From: Octopus vulgaris
Taxonomy: Eukaryota
Direction: 5' to 3'
Assembly: GCA_951406725.2 (NCBI GenBank)
Contig: OX597826.1
Span: 10,664,001 to 10,728,000 of the forward strand
Length of the DNA stretch: 64,000 bases
Part shown: positions 1-13,358 of the stretch, one piece after another
Position numbering within the stretch: the stretch's first letter is position 1
How the letters are laid out: each line of letters begins with the position of its first letter
Translations under genes and position numbers: made by a program
The notes under the pieces: generated by a model
Databases searched by the model: none
Seen by the model: only the letters and a program-made list of their open reading frames with translations
What the model was told of the DNA's origin: nothing

Positions 1-131
1 TTTATCCAAAGTGTCTTGCAATGAGACTGAACCTGAAACCAGGTAATTGGTAGGCAAATCTCTTAACTATGCAGTCATGCTTCATAAATTTTTGCTTACA
101 CCATTTATGATATTCAAATGATAATACTTAC

Positions 132-276
132 CACTTTTATGGGAAATGAATGTTTCAACATAAGGTTCACTATATATACCATTTTGCTTGGGTAATGCAT
201 AAATTTTAAGTTCATATTTCGTAAAAGGGTTGAGCTTACAAAAGTAAAACCGTCTTCCTTCGACTGAAAAATTCAA
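132..276 (-). CDS. Cytokine receptor FN3 second-half exon (LNFSVEG...LNPFTKYELKIYALPKQNGIYSEP...); the gene continues beyond position 1
   Basis: TTTTCAG acceptor; GTAAGT donor; 145 nt, phase 0-1; L-x-P-x-T-x-Y tyrosine corner and WSxWS-like GIYSEP. Confidence 0.9.
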
Positions 277-1030
277 CTGAAAATATACACATAAAATAAT
301 ATTTGACATTATCAGTACCAATTTAAGAGCAAAATGTCAAACAACCTCTATAGGACTCAGCTTTCTTTTCAATTTATATATAGACGCAGGAGTGGCTGTG
401 TGATAAGTAGCTTGCTAACCAACCACATGGTTCCGAGTTCAGTCCCACTGCATGGCATCTTGGGCAAGTGTCTTCTGCTATAGCCTCGGGCCGACCAAAG
501 CCTTGTGAGTGGATTTGGTAGACAGAAACTGAAAGAAGCCTGTCGTATATATGTATGAATATATATGTATGTGTATGTATATGTTTGTGTGTCTGTGTTT
601 GTCCCTCTAGCATTGCTTGACAACCGATGCTGGTGTGTTTATGTCCCCGTCACTTAGCGATAGAATAAGTACTGGGCTTACAAAGAATAAGTCCTGGGGT
701 CGATTTGCTCGACTAAAGGCGGTGCTCCAGCATGGCCGCAGTCAAATGACTGAAACAAGTAAAAGAGTATGTGTGTGCATGTGAGTGTGTAATGTATATA
801 TACATTTGTGTGTTAATGTATATGTGTATGTATATATATATATATATATATATATAATTCAAAATATTCTACCTCAATTCATCTAATTGTATATAATTAT
901 TGTTACTTTTCATAAAAAAGCCTTTAATTTTTTGATATCCAATGTGCATTTTTGCTTCTTACTTTCTCCATATCTCAATAATGAATGTCAATTAATTTAA
1001 GAATATTTAAATCATTATTTCTTAACAATG

Positions 1031-1063
<33 letters not shown>

Positions 1064-1067
<4 letters not shown>

Positions 1068-1260
1068 TGTGTACTGTTGGGGATTTTTTTTCCTCTGTCT
1101 TCCCTTCTCTGGATCTTTCCTTCTCCTATGTTTCCGACGAAGAGCTCCGCTCGAAACGTTAAACCCTCCTTCCTTCTTTCCTGAGCGTCCAATAATACTA
1201 TATTAGTTCCACGTCCTCGCGTTGTTGTGTTTTTTTGTGCTTTCTTGTTTGGATTAACTT
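1064..1260 (+). mobile_element. Short Penelope-pLTR-like repeat in (TA)n; other copies at about 8475-8668 and 45830-46020, related copy at 30370-30555
   Basis: Shared segment C(C/T)GA(C/T)(G/A)AAGAGCTC(C/T)GCTCGAAACGTTAA, a minimal hammerhead relic. Confidence 0.55.
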
Positions 1261-1277
1261 TATATATATATTATATA

Positions 1278-1310
<33 letters not shown>

Positions 1311-1603
1311 ACATATATGTGTGTGTGTTTATGTTTGTTCCCCAACATCGCTTGACAACTGATGGTGGTGTGTTTAAGTCCTCGTAACTTAGCGGTTCGG
1401 CAAAAGACACCAACAGAATAAGTACAAGGCTTACAAAGAATAAGTCCTGGGGTCGATTTGCTCGACTAAAGGCGGTGCCCCAGCATGGCCGCAGTCAAAT
1501 GACTGAAATAAGTAAAAGAGCAAGAGTTCCACAGGACTGTGATGATAAAATATGTTCAACAGGATTCTAATTACAAGAATTTGAAAACATTTTCAACACT
1601 TAC

Positions 1604-1734
1604 CAATTTTTTAGAGTTCACTTCTTTTAAGAAAATATGGAAGCGTAGCTTATAGACATAGCGATGCTTCCATTCCATACGCACACAGGTGTCATTAACA
1701 TTCAAGTGGACGTTCTTCACAGGTGACGGTTGGG
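1604..1734 (-). CDS. Cytokine receptor FN3 first-half exon (TQPSPVKNVHLNVNDTCVRMEWKH...KKL)
   Basis: TTTTACAG acceptor; GTAAGT donor; 131 nt, phase 1-0; FN3 P-P-N...W pattern. Confidence 0.88.
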
Positions 1735-3397
1735 CTGTAAAATTACAGGTAAATATTGAATAAATTTTTTATAAAATTTATGTCAAAAAATTATTTTTCT
1801 TTTCGTTTTTTAGACATAGGCATGACTGAGCGGTTTCCCAGCCACATGGTTCTAGGTTCAGTCCCACTGCATGACACCCTGGGCTAGGGTCTTCTACTAT
1901 AGCTTTGGGCCAACCAAAGCCTTGTGAGTGGATTTGATAGGCAGAAACTGAATGAAGCCAGTCATTTGTGTGTGAATGTGTGTTTATGCCTGTGTTTGTC
2001 CCTCACTATTGCTTGACAACCAGTGTTGGTTTGTTTACATCCCTGTAACTTAGCGGTTCAGCAAAAGTTACTCACAGAATAAGTAGTAAGCTTTAAAAAA
2101 AATAAATACTAGGGTTGATTTATATGACTAAACCTCCTCTAGGTGCCCCAGCATGGCTACAGTCTAATGACTGAAACAAATAAAAGATATACTTTAGTCA
2201 TGTTTCTTAATCTGATAATCCATTTTACAAAAGGCACAAGGCCTGAAATTACATTGACCTCAGTGTATCACTGGTACTTAATTTATAAACCCCCCAAAAG
2301 AATGAAAGGCAAAGTCAACCTAGGTGGAATTTGAACTCAGCACATAGACATATGAAATGCCGCTAAGCATTTTGCCTGGCATGCTAACGATTCTACCAGC
2401 TTGCTGCCTTTATTTCTTAATCTAACCCATATATACCCCTGGTTGCATTTTCGCAATGCAAAACCTGCTCCTACCTATTTGGATATGAACTTGCTGGGAA
2501 GCATGTGACTGAACATACGAAATGCTTAGTGGGGAGTCAACACCCATAGCTAACAGTTGCATACTGTTCTTCTCTTCCAGATTGTGTGTGCATGTGTGTT
2601 TGTGTCTCCTTGTCTTGACATTGGAGTGATAGTTATAAATGAATGTCACTATCATGATATAAGCAGTGTAATTCGTTTCCATTATTCTGTGAGAACAGGT
2701 TAATGGGGGAAATGATACCTTGCCTGGAAACAGATGAAGATTAGCAACAGGAAAGGCATCTGGATGTAGAAAATCAGCCTCAGCAGACCCGGGTCCAACT
2801 GATGCAAAATATGGAAAAAAAAGTTAATATTGAAATGATGATGATACACTGTATCATTAGCCAAGGTTAAGCTTACTATTACTATTGTTGCTCTTTTTTG
2901 TGCATCAATGTTGAATGCTGCTCAAATTAACTCAACCTAGCTGTATATATATATATATGAGAAATTAAAAAAGGAAAATACACACACTTACATAGTTTTA
3001 ATATAATTTTTAATATATCGACCGGTTTCGCTATCGCTATTCATGATATTATGTTTTACTTATTCAAATATATATTTTTTAAGAAGAAATATATATATAT
3101 ATATATTCCAACTATTTCTTGTCAATCTAATGCCAGTTAGATATCAGTGCCAGGGTTATTCAATTCTAGATTAATTTAATCTACAAAGTATTCTTTGGAT
3201 GTCCCTTCCTTTATTAAGTCATTCTCATTTACTGCCTTGAGGGCAACGAAATTCAGAGCATTCTTGATCTGACAACCTCCTTGATATATTGACATTGACT
3301 CTTCACTCAAACAAAAGGTTTCCTTTCTGGTGAAGACTCTTAGAGAGCAGCTGCAACTAATTATGGCATTTTGCTTTCGTACAATGAAGTGCAAACA

Positions 3398-4234
3398 TTT
3401 CACACTTAAAACACAAGCATACCCAGGGAGGTGAGGGAAGAGAAAGGGGGGGGGGGGAAAGACAGATGGGGAGAAAGAGAGAGAGAGGGAGAGAAAAGGG
3501 AGGAGAGACAGAGATAGAGGGAGGGAGAGGGTGAGGTTGGGACAGAGAGAGAGGGGGAAGGACAGAGAGAGAGAGCAAGACAGGTGAGGGGAGAGAGAGA
3601 AAGAGAGGGAGGACAGGGGTAGAGAAGGGGAGGATAGCTGAATGGAGAGAGAGAGAGAGAGAGGGGGGGAGAGACAGAGAGAGTGAGACAGGAGAGGGGA
3701 GAGAGTGAAAGGGAGGGAGAGAGGGGGAGAGGAGAGATGGATGGAGAGAGAGAGGGAGAGAGACAGAGAGAGTGAAAGGGAGAGAGGAGATATGGATGGA
3801 GAGAGACAGAGAGAGTGAAAGGGAGAGAGAGAGGAGATATGGATGGAGAGAGAGAGAGATTTCAGACCAGAATGACTAATCTCTCGCCAGCTTTTGAATT
3901 TTTACATTGAAACATACTTGTGGTGTCCCACTGTTGCTTAACCACCCCCCACTCCCACCACCATCAAGACTTCAGGCAGATAGTCTCTCCCCCTCTCTCT
4001 CTCCATTCAGCTCTCCTCCCCCTCTTTCTCTCTCTCTGTCCTTCCCCCTCTCTCTCTGTCCCTACCTCACCCTCTCCCTCCCTCTATCTCTGTCTCTCCT
4101 CCCTTTTCCCTCCCTCTCTCTCTGTCTCTCCTCCCTTTTCTCTCCCTCTCTCTCTCTCTTTATCCCCATCTGTCTTCCCTCCCCCTCTCTCTTCCCTCAC
4201 CTCTCTGGGTATGCTTGTGTTTTAAGTGTGAAAT
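3398..4234. repeat. Fold-back with polypurine/polypyrimidine arms
   Basis: TTTCACACTTAAAACACAAGCATACCCAG... and ...CTGGGTATGCTTGTGTTTTAAGTGTGAAA are inverted termini; GA-rich then TC-rich arms. Confidence 0.7.
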
Positions 4235-5537
4235 ATGTGTGTGTGTGTGCGTGTGTTTTCCCCTTTTCTTGATATTAGGTGGTGGTTGCAGTTGTGAGTC
4301 ACAGTCATTCGAGCAGAATCATTCATTTTCCATATTCTGCAAACCACGTCAGGCCAAGCACAACTATTGCACTGCTTGGATTCAGGTGAGGGTTGGAGAC
4401 AGGAAGGGCATTTGACTGTCGAAAAATCTGCCTTAATAAACTCCATTTGACCCATACAAGCATTAGGAAGGGCATCAAGCTGTAGAAACGCAGCCAGATC
4501 AGATTGGGGCCTGGTGCAGCCTCCTGGTTTCCCAGACCCCAGTCGAACTGCCCAACCAAGCCAACATGGAAAACAGACAATAAACGATGATGATAACGAT
4601 GATGATGATTTTTAACTCCAAGCTGCCATGCATCCTCACTAACCAAAACTGTGAAGAATGAAAATATAATTATATTTAATATGAGTGCAGGTGTAGCTGT
4701 GTGGTAAGTTTGCTTCCCAACCACATGGTTCAGAGTTCAGTCCCACTACATGGTACCTTGTGCAAGTGACTTCTACTATAGCCCCTGGCTAAACAAAGCC
4801 TGGAGTGGATTTGGTAGAGGGGGAACTGAAAAAAAAAAAATCATCAGGAGTGGCTGTGTGGTAAGTAGCTTGCTTACCAACCACATGGTTCCGGGTTCAT
4901 TCCCACTGCGTGGCACCTTGCGCAAGTGTCTTCTACTATAGCCTCGGGCCAACCAAAGCCTTGTGAGTGGATTTGGTAGACGGAAACTGGAAGAAGCCCA
5001 TCGTATATAGGTATATATATGTATGTGTGTATATGTTTGTGTGTCTGTGTTTGTCCCCCACAACATCACTTGACAACCGATTCTGGTGTGTTTACGTCCC
5101 CGTAACTTAGCGGGTCAGCAAAAGAGACTGATAGAATAAGTACTGGGCTTACAAAGAATAAGTCCTGGGGTCGATTTACTCGACTAAAAGGTGGTGCTCC
5201 AGCATGGCCACAGTCAAATGACTGAAACAAGTAAAAGAGTATATGTACATGTGTGTGTGTGTGTGTGTATAAAAGACAGAGAGTGTGTGTATGTTTGTGT
5301 CTTGTTTTAACATCACATGATTGTCATACAAACAGTGTCATTCATTTTCAATATACTAGGGGAACATGTCTGGCCATGGGGAAATATTATCTTGTTTGGA
5401 AACCAGTGGGGGTTGGTGACAAGAAGGGCATCCAACTGCAGAGAATCTGCCTCAATAAACTCAACCCAACTCATGCAAGCATAGAAAAGTGAACTTTAAA
5501 ATGACAACGATGATGTATAAACGAATGGATTTCTTAC

Positions 5538-5704
5538 TTGGTTTTGATGCATTCAGTCTAATGTGTGTCCTTTGTTGATACTTAGTCTCCTTGTATGTGT
5601 AGTGGACTGTGAAATCTAAGCCAAGTGATATGGTTAAGTCTATCTCATCTCGGCTTAAATTCATCCAGGTCAGAGATTTTTGTAAGGAAGTACATTTCTT
5701 TGCT
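5538..5704 (-). CDS. Cytokine receptor CBM exon (AKKCTSLQKSLTW...RLNASKP)
   Basis: TTGCAG acceptor; GTAAG donor; 167 nt, phase 2-1; in frame with both neighbouring exons. Confidence 0.8.
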
Positions 5705-5782
5705 CTGCAATGGCAACAGACATACAAAACATAAGGATATTGTAAAACTTGTAAATAGGACGATACAATACTACTATTTTAA

Positions 5783-6004
5783 CCTTTTTGTTACCAACCT
5801 GGCTGAAACAGGCTCTGGCTCTGTAGTACAACTGTCTTGTTTTCATAAGGTTTTAATTAAAATCTTCCACCAAACCTTAGTCACAATTTATGTTCCTAAC
5901 ACTAGCTGAATGATAAGTAAGTTATTTTACTAAATTCTTTGTTAGATTTTAAATAAATTGAAAGAAACACAGAGCATCTCAACAGAAATACAGTAACGAA
6001 AGGG
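5783..6004. mobile_element. Second TTAA MITE family; inverted copy at 32522-32741
   Basis: TTAA|CCTTT...AAAGGG|TTAA termini; two copies in the window. Confidence 0.75.
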
Positions 6005-6559
6005 TTAATAAGCAAATGTCATGTTTTTTAGAGAACAGAGAGCAAAATTGAGCCCTTGTTATTGAATCTAGCAGCAAATGGGATATAAATCGGCTCCAGC
6101 TGGAAATAAAACAATATCAGTCTGTATGAACAAGCAAACAAAAAATTTCATCATTATCCCCATCACCACAGCACCACCAGCAACATAATCTCCTTCCTTC
6201 ATTTAGGTAACACTGATCAAACTGATTCCACTATTTAACTATAAGAATGTTTATAAACACTTAAACTAGGAATTATTAAAAGAGATATTAGAAACTATTA
6301 ATATAAAAGCAGAAGTGAAGAAAAAACTGACCATAGGTTAATGTCTGGGCCTTTGAAAAAATGTCCCTGCTAAGCAGTCATTGGATAAAATTTGGAAGTT
6401 TCTTTTGCTTCCAAAACTGTACACATCCTTCACCCAATCAGCAAAGATATTTGTTTCTTTATTGATACATTTGATAGTCTTTCAAAACTTTTTGTAGTTC
6501 CAATTGCTTCATTTTCATCTGAAGATTGGTAACATGAAATACAGTGCAATGTCTTGTGA

Positions 6560-6645
<86 letters not shown>

Positions 6646-7029
6646 GCACAATTCGAGCGTGATCATTACCAGTGTCGCCTTTCTGGCACCTGGAAGTTAT
6701 GAAGAAACAAATACCTAATATGGGTATACTGAATTTAAATATGAAGTTAGTTTTTCGCTGTAAGCACTAGATTTTTTGCATTAGGGTTGCTTTTATATAT
6801 TTTCTAAATTTTGAATATTTCCCAAGATATGATGCGATCCATCTGATAATTTTCTAGTTATACTATCTTCAAACTAGTTGGGAAAGAACAAATGTCTATG
6901 CATTGAGATTCTAATTTTATTCATATATAGGAGTTAGTATACCACAATAAGAATGTCAGTTTTTACCATCATTTGCTTTCCAATTAAAAATATATATTAT
7001 ATACAATCGAAATCGAATTTGAACCAATC

Positions 7030-7383
7030 CTATGACTGGCACCCGGCAGATGCCAGGACCCCTGGACTGGCGGTACGTAAGAAGCACTATCCGAATCGTG
7101 GCCGATGCCAGTGCCGCCTCGAATGGCTTCCGTGCCGGTGGCATGTAAAATGCACCAATCTGACCGTGGCCGTTGCCAGCCTCGCCTGGCACCTGTGCAG
7201 GTGGCACGTAAAAAGCACCCACTACACTCATGGAGTGGTTGGCGTTAGGAAGGGCATCCAGCTGTAGAAACATTGCCAGATAAGACTGGAGCCTGGTGCA
7301 GCCTTCTGGCTTCCCAGATCCCCGGTCGAGCCGTCCAACCCATGCTAGCATGGAGAACGGACGTTAAACGATGATGATGATGA
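7030..7383 (+). mobile_element. RTE 3'-UTR-only copy; others at about 8983-9233(-), 10990-11297(+), 13870-14150(-), 15870-16278(+), 16615-16960(+), 28601-28983(-), 30147-30348(-), 41575-42000(+), 42412-42585(+)
   Basis: GGCGTTAGGAAGGGCATCCAG core, about 50-bp internal repeats and (ATG)n tail matching the RTE 3' ends. Confidence 0.75.
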
Positions 7384-7505
7384 AATGATAGGTGTACATA
7401 GATGAAAAACTGATTAGGATGGGAGATAAAACAAGCAGGTCTTATTCACGCAAGGATTTGCGCTTGGAGTTCTTGCATTTGTAGACTTACTCAGGGAAAT
7501 TTCAT

Positions 7506-7700
7506 TTAATGCTCCAACAAATAAGAAGCTTTTGCACTTTGGTCAAGAAGATGTTTTTCTTGCAGCCTGGATGCTGGACCTTCAGCTGCAGTCTTGGAGA
7601 GTCCCAAATCAATTAGTTCTGTTTGGCTAAGCTGTTGAGGTGTTGATTTTACAGTAGGGGTCTTGGAATTCTGAAGTAATTTTTTGATCTTTGTGGAGGA
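7506..7700 (-). pseudogene. Chapaev3-like DNA transposase relic
   Basis: SQTELIDLGLSKTAAEGPASRLQEKHLL resembles the remembered Chapaev3 motif QxELNDLVRDLxLxKxxAELLxSRLxExxLL. Confidence 0.45.
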
Positions 7701-8066
7701 GGGAAACCCAAGGAAAACTGGAATCAAGAATGTCTCAGAATGCTAAAGAAATATTGGGATAAGATATTTTATACCTATTTTTTTTTTTGCCAATGCTTTT
7801 TTGTATTTAGGATATAAAAATAACAGTCACTTGTATGTATCCTGGATTCTCACCAAACCATAGGAACTCCAAATGGCAGGTAATACTCATTTTTGCCAGC
7901 TGAGTTGACAGGAGCAATGTGAAATAAAGTGTCTCACTCAAGAACATAACACACAGCTGATTATTGAACTCACAAACCTACGACTGTAAGCTAAATACCC
8001 TGACCACTAAACCACACTTTATCTACTTCAAGTTCCATTGCTAATAATTATATATATATATATATA

Positions 8067-8467
8067 GGCGCAGGAGTGGCTGTGTGGTAAGTAGCTTGCT
8101 AAGCAACCACATGGTTCCGGGTTCAGTCCCACTGCGTGGCATCTTGGGCAAGTGTCTTCTGCTATAGCCCCGGGCCGACCAATGCCTTGTGAGTGGATTT
8201 GGCAGACGGAAACTGAAAGAAGCCTGTCGTATATATGTATGTGTGTGTGTTTGTGTGTCTGTGTTTGTCCCCCTAGCATTGCTTGACAACCGATGCCGGT
8301 GCGTTTACGTCCCCGTCACTTAGCGGTTCGGCAAAAGAGACTGATAGAATAAGTACTGGGCTTACAAAGAATAAGTCCCGGGGTCGATTTGCTCGACTAA
8401 AGGCGGTGCTCCAGCATGGCCGCAGTCAAATGACTGAAACAAGTAAAAGAGTAAAGAGTAAAGAGTA
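8067..8467 (+). mobile_element. Abundant tRNA-derived octopus-type SINE; copies at about 383-769(+), 1815-2187(+), 4846-5241(+), 8745-9406(-), 12332-12730(+), 35183-35601(+), 36037-36452(-), 42808-43217(+), 44744-45058(-), 48443-48858(+), 54597-55225(+), 63490-63857(-)
   Basis: GGCGCAGGAGTGGCTGTGTGG head with GGTTCAGTCCC B box, internal (TA)/(TG) tract, (AGTAAAAG)n tail; many near-identical copies. Confidence 0.85.
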
Positions 8468-11400
8468 TATATATGTGACCGCGTGTGTATTGTTGGTGAT
8501 TTTTCCTCCGTCTTCCCTTCCTTGGACCTTTCCTTTATGTATGTTTCTGACAAAGAGCTCTGCTCGAAACGTTAAATCCTCCTTCTTTCTTTCCTTTCCT
8601 GAGCGTCCAATAACTCTATACTTGTTCCACACCTCGCGTTGTTGTGTTGTCATGTTTGGATTAACTATATATATATATGTACACACACACACACATGTAT
8701 ATATGTATGTATACATAAATAGATAAGTGCAAGCCTATTTACATTCTCTTTTACTCTTTTTTTTTTTTTTACTTGTTTCAGTCATTTGACCGCGGCCATG
8801 CTGGAGCACCACCTTTAGTCGAGCAAATCGACCCCGGGACTTATTCTTTGTAAGCCCAGTACTTATTCTATCGGTCTCTTTTGTCGAACCGCTAAGTGAC
8901 GGGGACGTAAACACACCAGCATCGGTCGTCAAGCAATGCTAGGGGGACAAACACAGACACAGAAACACACACACACACACATATCATCATCATCATCATC
9001 ATCATCATTTAGCATCCGTTTTCCATGCTAGCATGGGTTGGACGGTTCAACTGGGGTCTGGGGAGCCCGAAGGCTGCACCAGGCCAGTCAGATCTGGCAG
9101 TGTTTCTACAGCTGGATGCCCTTCCTAACGCCAACCACTCCGAGAGTGTAGTGGGTGATTTTATGTGCCACCGACACAGGTGCCAGACGAGGCTGGCGAA
9201 CGCCCACGCTCGGGTGGTGTTTTTATGTGCCACTACATATATACGACAGGCTTCTTTCAGTTTCCGTCTACCAAATCCACTCACAAGGCATTGGTCGGCC
9301 CGGGGCTATAGCAGAAGACACTTGCCCAAGGTGCCACGCAGTGGGACTGAACCCGGAACCATGTGGTTGGTTAGCAAGCTACTTACCACACAGCCGCTCC
9401 TGCGCCTATGTGTATGCGCCACATGTGTATGTGTCTGTGGTAAGAAGTTTGCTTTCCAATCTCATGCTTTCAGTTTCAGTCCCAGCGCTTGACACCTTTT
9501 CACAAGTGTTTTCTAACATAGCCGCACACTGATCAAAGCCTTGTGTGTGGATTCGGTAGACAAAAACTGAAAGAAGCCTGTAGTGTGTATGTGTGTGTGT
9601 GTGTGTAGGTTCAAATTTAATTACAAGAATAACAACACACAAGACAAAGTGAAAATGAAGTGTGAATATCAGTTTTGATACTGAACAAGAGGTATGAAAA
9701 TAGAAGTGCCAGAATCTTAAATATTAGAAAATAAGGAGAAGAATGAATGTTTTATACTTAAAAAGAGAGTCAAGTGTTGAACTGGAGGTTTTTCATGGTT
9801 CTTTATTCTTTGAAGCTAAATTGAATAAAAACTAGACGGGTAAGTAAACAACACCAGATGTCTACTACATTCTGTATATTGATTATAGATATTATGTCAT
9901 TGGATATTTCTGCGTCGTGATATGGGTCAGCCCAAATCCTAAATCTAAACTTAGAAATGCAGTACCTGTGACGAGCTTATAAACTTGTGACTTACTGATC
10001 AAGATACTCTTTTCACCCTTTTCCTTGTTTCGGTCATTTGACTGCGACCATGGCTGGAGCACCATCTTTAGTCGAGCAAATCGACCCCAGGACTTATTCC
10101 TTGTAAGCCTAGTACTTATTACATCGGTCTCTTTTTGCCGAACCGCTAAGTTACAGGGACGTAAACACACCAGCATCGGTTGTCAAGCAATGTTGGTGGG
10201 GGGGACAAACGCAGACACACAAACACATACATATACATATATAGCCCGTCAAGTTCAACCTCGCATATTCGCCGTGTCAGGCCGAAAAACGAAATGTTCC
10301 CAAGATAGGAAAATCTTTCTAATCTAATTCATCCCGTAATCTGTACCAGTAATATTCTCATCCAAATTTGTCTGATCTCTAGTGGTTAAGCTGTTTATTA
10401 TTATTATTATTATTATTAGTATTAGTATTATCCCTTTGACCCTTGTTTATTAGTATTATTATTTCGCCTCGTATTGCATATTCTGTATAATTTATTAGTT
10501 ATTGTTGACCATCGGTTTTCCGGCCTCGTGTCTCGCTAAATACAGAATAGATATTTGAGTTTCTCCATACAGGATTTTTTCAATGGCGGCCGATTTTCGC
10601 GGGGTTCCACTATTCCCTTCTCTCTCTCTCTCTCCCTCTTTTACGTTGTATGCCCTCCACCCCTCTTCCTTTCCCCCCTTCCATTGCTAAGAGCATTTTT
10701 AAGCCAGCCCGTCAAGTTCAACCTTCGCATATTCCCGGTGCACCCGCCCTTGCCCACCCCCACCACCAATACCGGATATCTCTATATTTTTGCTCCATCT
10801 ATACCGGATGTCGCTTCTCCCACCACCATTATAGGTGTCTACTCTTCGAACCCCCCTCTTCAATACGCTATTTCACCATGCATTACCCCTCTCGTGATAC
10901 CCTACGTTCTACTTGTCTAGAACCTGTCATCGTTTCTCCGAACACCCCTCCCCACTGGTGCTCCCCTATATTTCTGCACCCTCCTCCCACATAAAAAGCA
11001 CCATCTGAACGTGGCCGATGCCAGTACCGCCCTGACTGGCTTCTGTGCAGGTGGCACATAAAAAGCACCAACTAACCGTGGCCGATGCCAGACCCCTCTG
11101 GCACCTGTGCAGGTGGCACGTAAAAAGCACCCACTACACTCGTGGAGTGGTTGGCGTTAGGAAGGGCATCCAGCTGTAGAAACACTGCCAGACCAGACTG
11201 GAGCCTGGGGCAGCCCCTGGCTCCCCAGACCCCGGTCGAAACCGTCCAACCCGTGCTAGCGCGGAAAACGGACGTTAAACGATGATGATGATGATGATAT
11301 ACGACGGGCTTCTTCCAGTTTCTGTCTACCAAATCCACTCACAAGGCTTTGGTCGGCCCGAGGCTATAGTAGAAGAAACTTGCCCAAGGTGCGACACAGT

Positions 11401-13027
11401 GGGACTGAACCCGGAACCATGTGGTTGGTAAGCGAGCTACTTACCACACAGCCACTCGGAAAAATATAGATAGAAGCTGTTTAATTACAGAAGATATATT
11501 ATATGTTCAATATCTTTAGTCTTTCAAAGAGTTTAATACTTTAACCATCTTGCTACCCTTATTTCTGTTGAAATACACTGGTTTTGTTTCAAAGAATGAC
11601 TGGGTGGTTAAGAAGAATGCTTCATAACAACAGAGTTTCAGGTTCAGTCCCACTATGAAGCAGCTCCAGGCCAACCAATGCCTTGTGAGGGAATTTAGTA
11701 TACAGAAACTGATGAAGTCCATCGTCAGTGTGTGTGTGTGTGTAAATCTTTGGGTTTGTCTCCTGCTCCCATTGGTATTAGTTTTTTCTTGTGTCCCTCT
11801 AACTTAGTGGCTCAGCAAAAAAAACCAAAAAAAACAAAAAAAAAAACAATGGAATAAGACACCAGAATTAAAAATAAATACTGGGATTGATTTTTTTAAA
11901 ATAAACCCTTCAAGGTGATATCCTTATATGGTCACAGTTCAATAACTGGAATAAGTAAGGAGGTAAAACCCCCTTTGGTCACGAATGACCATGGGACTCC
12001 ACCTAGAAAGTTCCTCTCTGAGGCACAAGTCCTTGCAAAGTTGTTTATGAAGATCAGCAGTCACCCATGCATGCCGGCCTCTCCTCTCCATGCCACCGAT
12101 GTTATCCAAGGGAAAGGCAAAGACCGATACAGCTTAGCACCAGTGACATTGCAACTCATTTCTACAGCTGAGTGAACTGGAGCAACGTGAAACCAAGTGT
12201 CTTACTCAAAAACACAACACTAAGCCTGGTCAAGCAATTGAACTCACTACCTCATGATTGTGAATCCAATGCTCTAACCACTGAGCCATGTGCATTCAAG
12301 AAGAAAAAAAAAAAAGAAGATATATAACAAAGGAGTGGCTGTGAGGTAAGTAGCTTGCTAACCAACCACATGATTCCGGGTTCAGTCCCACTGCGTGGCA
12401 TCTTGGGTAAGTGTCTTCTGCTATAGCCCCGGGCCGACCAATGCCTTGTGAGTGGATTTGGTAGACGGAAACTGAAAGAAGCCCGTCGTATACATGTATA
12501 TATATATATGTATGTGTGTGTGTGTGTTTGTCCCCCTAGCATTGCTTGACAACCAATGCTAGTGTGTTTACGTCCCTGTAACTTAGTGGTTCAGCAAAAG
12601 AGACCGATAGAATAAGTACTGGGCTTACAAAGAATAAGTCCCGGGGTCGATTTGCTCGACTAAAGGTGGTGCTCCAGCATGGCTGCAGTCAAATGACTGA
12701 AACAAGTAAAAGAGTAAAAGAAAGAGTAAAGAATTTATCAAAATAACCGTCATAATTTAGTTGGTGTTTAGAACATAAATTAAAATGAAATTTTGATTGA
12801 AGGGTTTTAATTTAAACCAGTTTTAAATGGGGATTTTGTATCATAAAAGTGGAGTAGTTTCAAGATGGTTTGGTATCAGAAAGCTAAAACAACCTTTAAA
12901 AACGTGGATAAAATTGAAACAACAGCTTGAAATCCCATTTTCTATTTTATTGCAAGCATGATGAGTGGTAAGAAGTTTGCTGGTTCAGTACCACTGCATG
13001 GCACCTTGGGCTAAGTGTTTTCTATTG

Positions 13028-13240
13028 TGTGGGGCTGCTGGAAAGTTCCTGGCTTTGGGTAAAAGAAAATATAGGAGGATCAGTTATTTATAGTTTTATT
13101 CAACATATTTCCCCTCTCAGATTCACACACTTATTGCAGTGGTCCTTCAATAAAAGGCACAAGTCCTTCAATAAAAGAATCTGGAAGGCTGGACTTCAGT
13201 AAGGCCTTTCTTGATACCCTTAAAACCAGGAACTTTTCCC
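13028..13240. mobile_element. Mariner-type MITE, same family as 55660-56792, opposite orientation, no insertion
   Basis: Shares the GGAAAGTTCCTGGCTTT terminus and internal sequence. Confidence 0.7.
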
Positions 13241-13317
13241 AGGCTGACCAAACCCTTGTAAGTGAATTTATCAGATGGAAACTGAAAGAAGCTTGTCATA
13301 TACATGCGTATGCATGC

Positions 13318-13358
<41 letters not shown>

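Noticed and set aside
369-623. Recurrent ORFs such as ...CPRCHAVGLNPEPCGW and ...[11 protein letters not shown]
   Set aside because: Incidental translations of multi-copy SINE and RTE 3' UTR sequences
6332-6518. Exon-like segment on the minus strand with AG acceptor and GTCAGT donor
   Set aside because: Stops in all three frames, and exons 13634 and 5704 already join in frame without it
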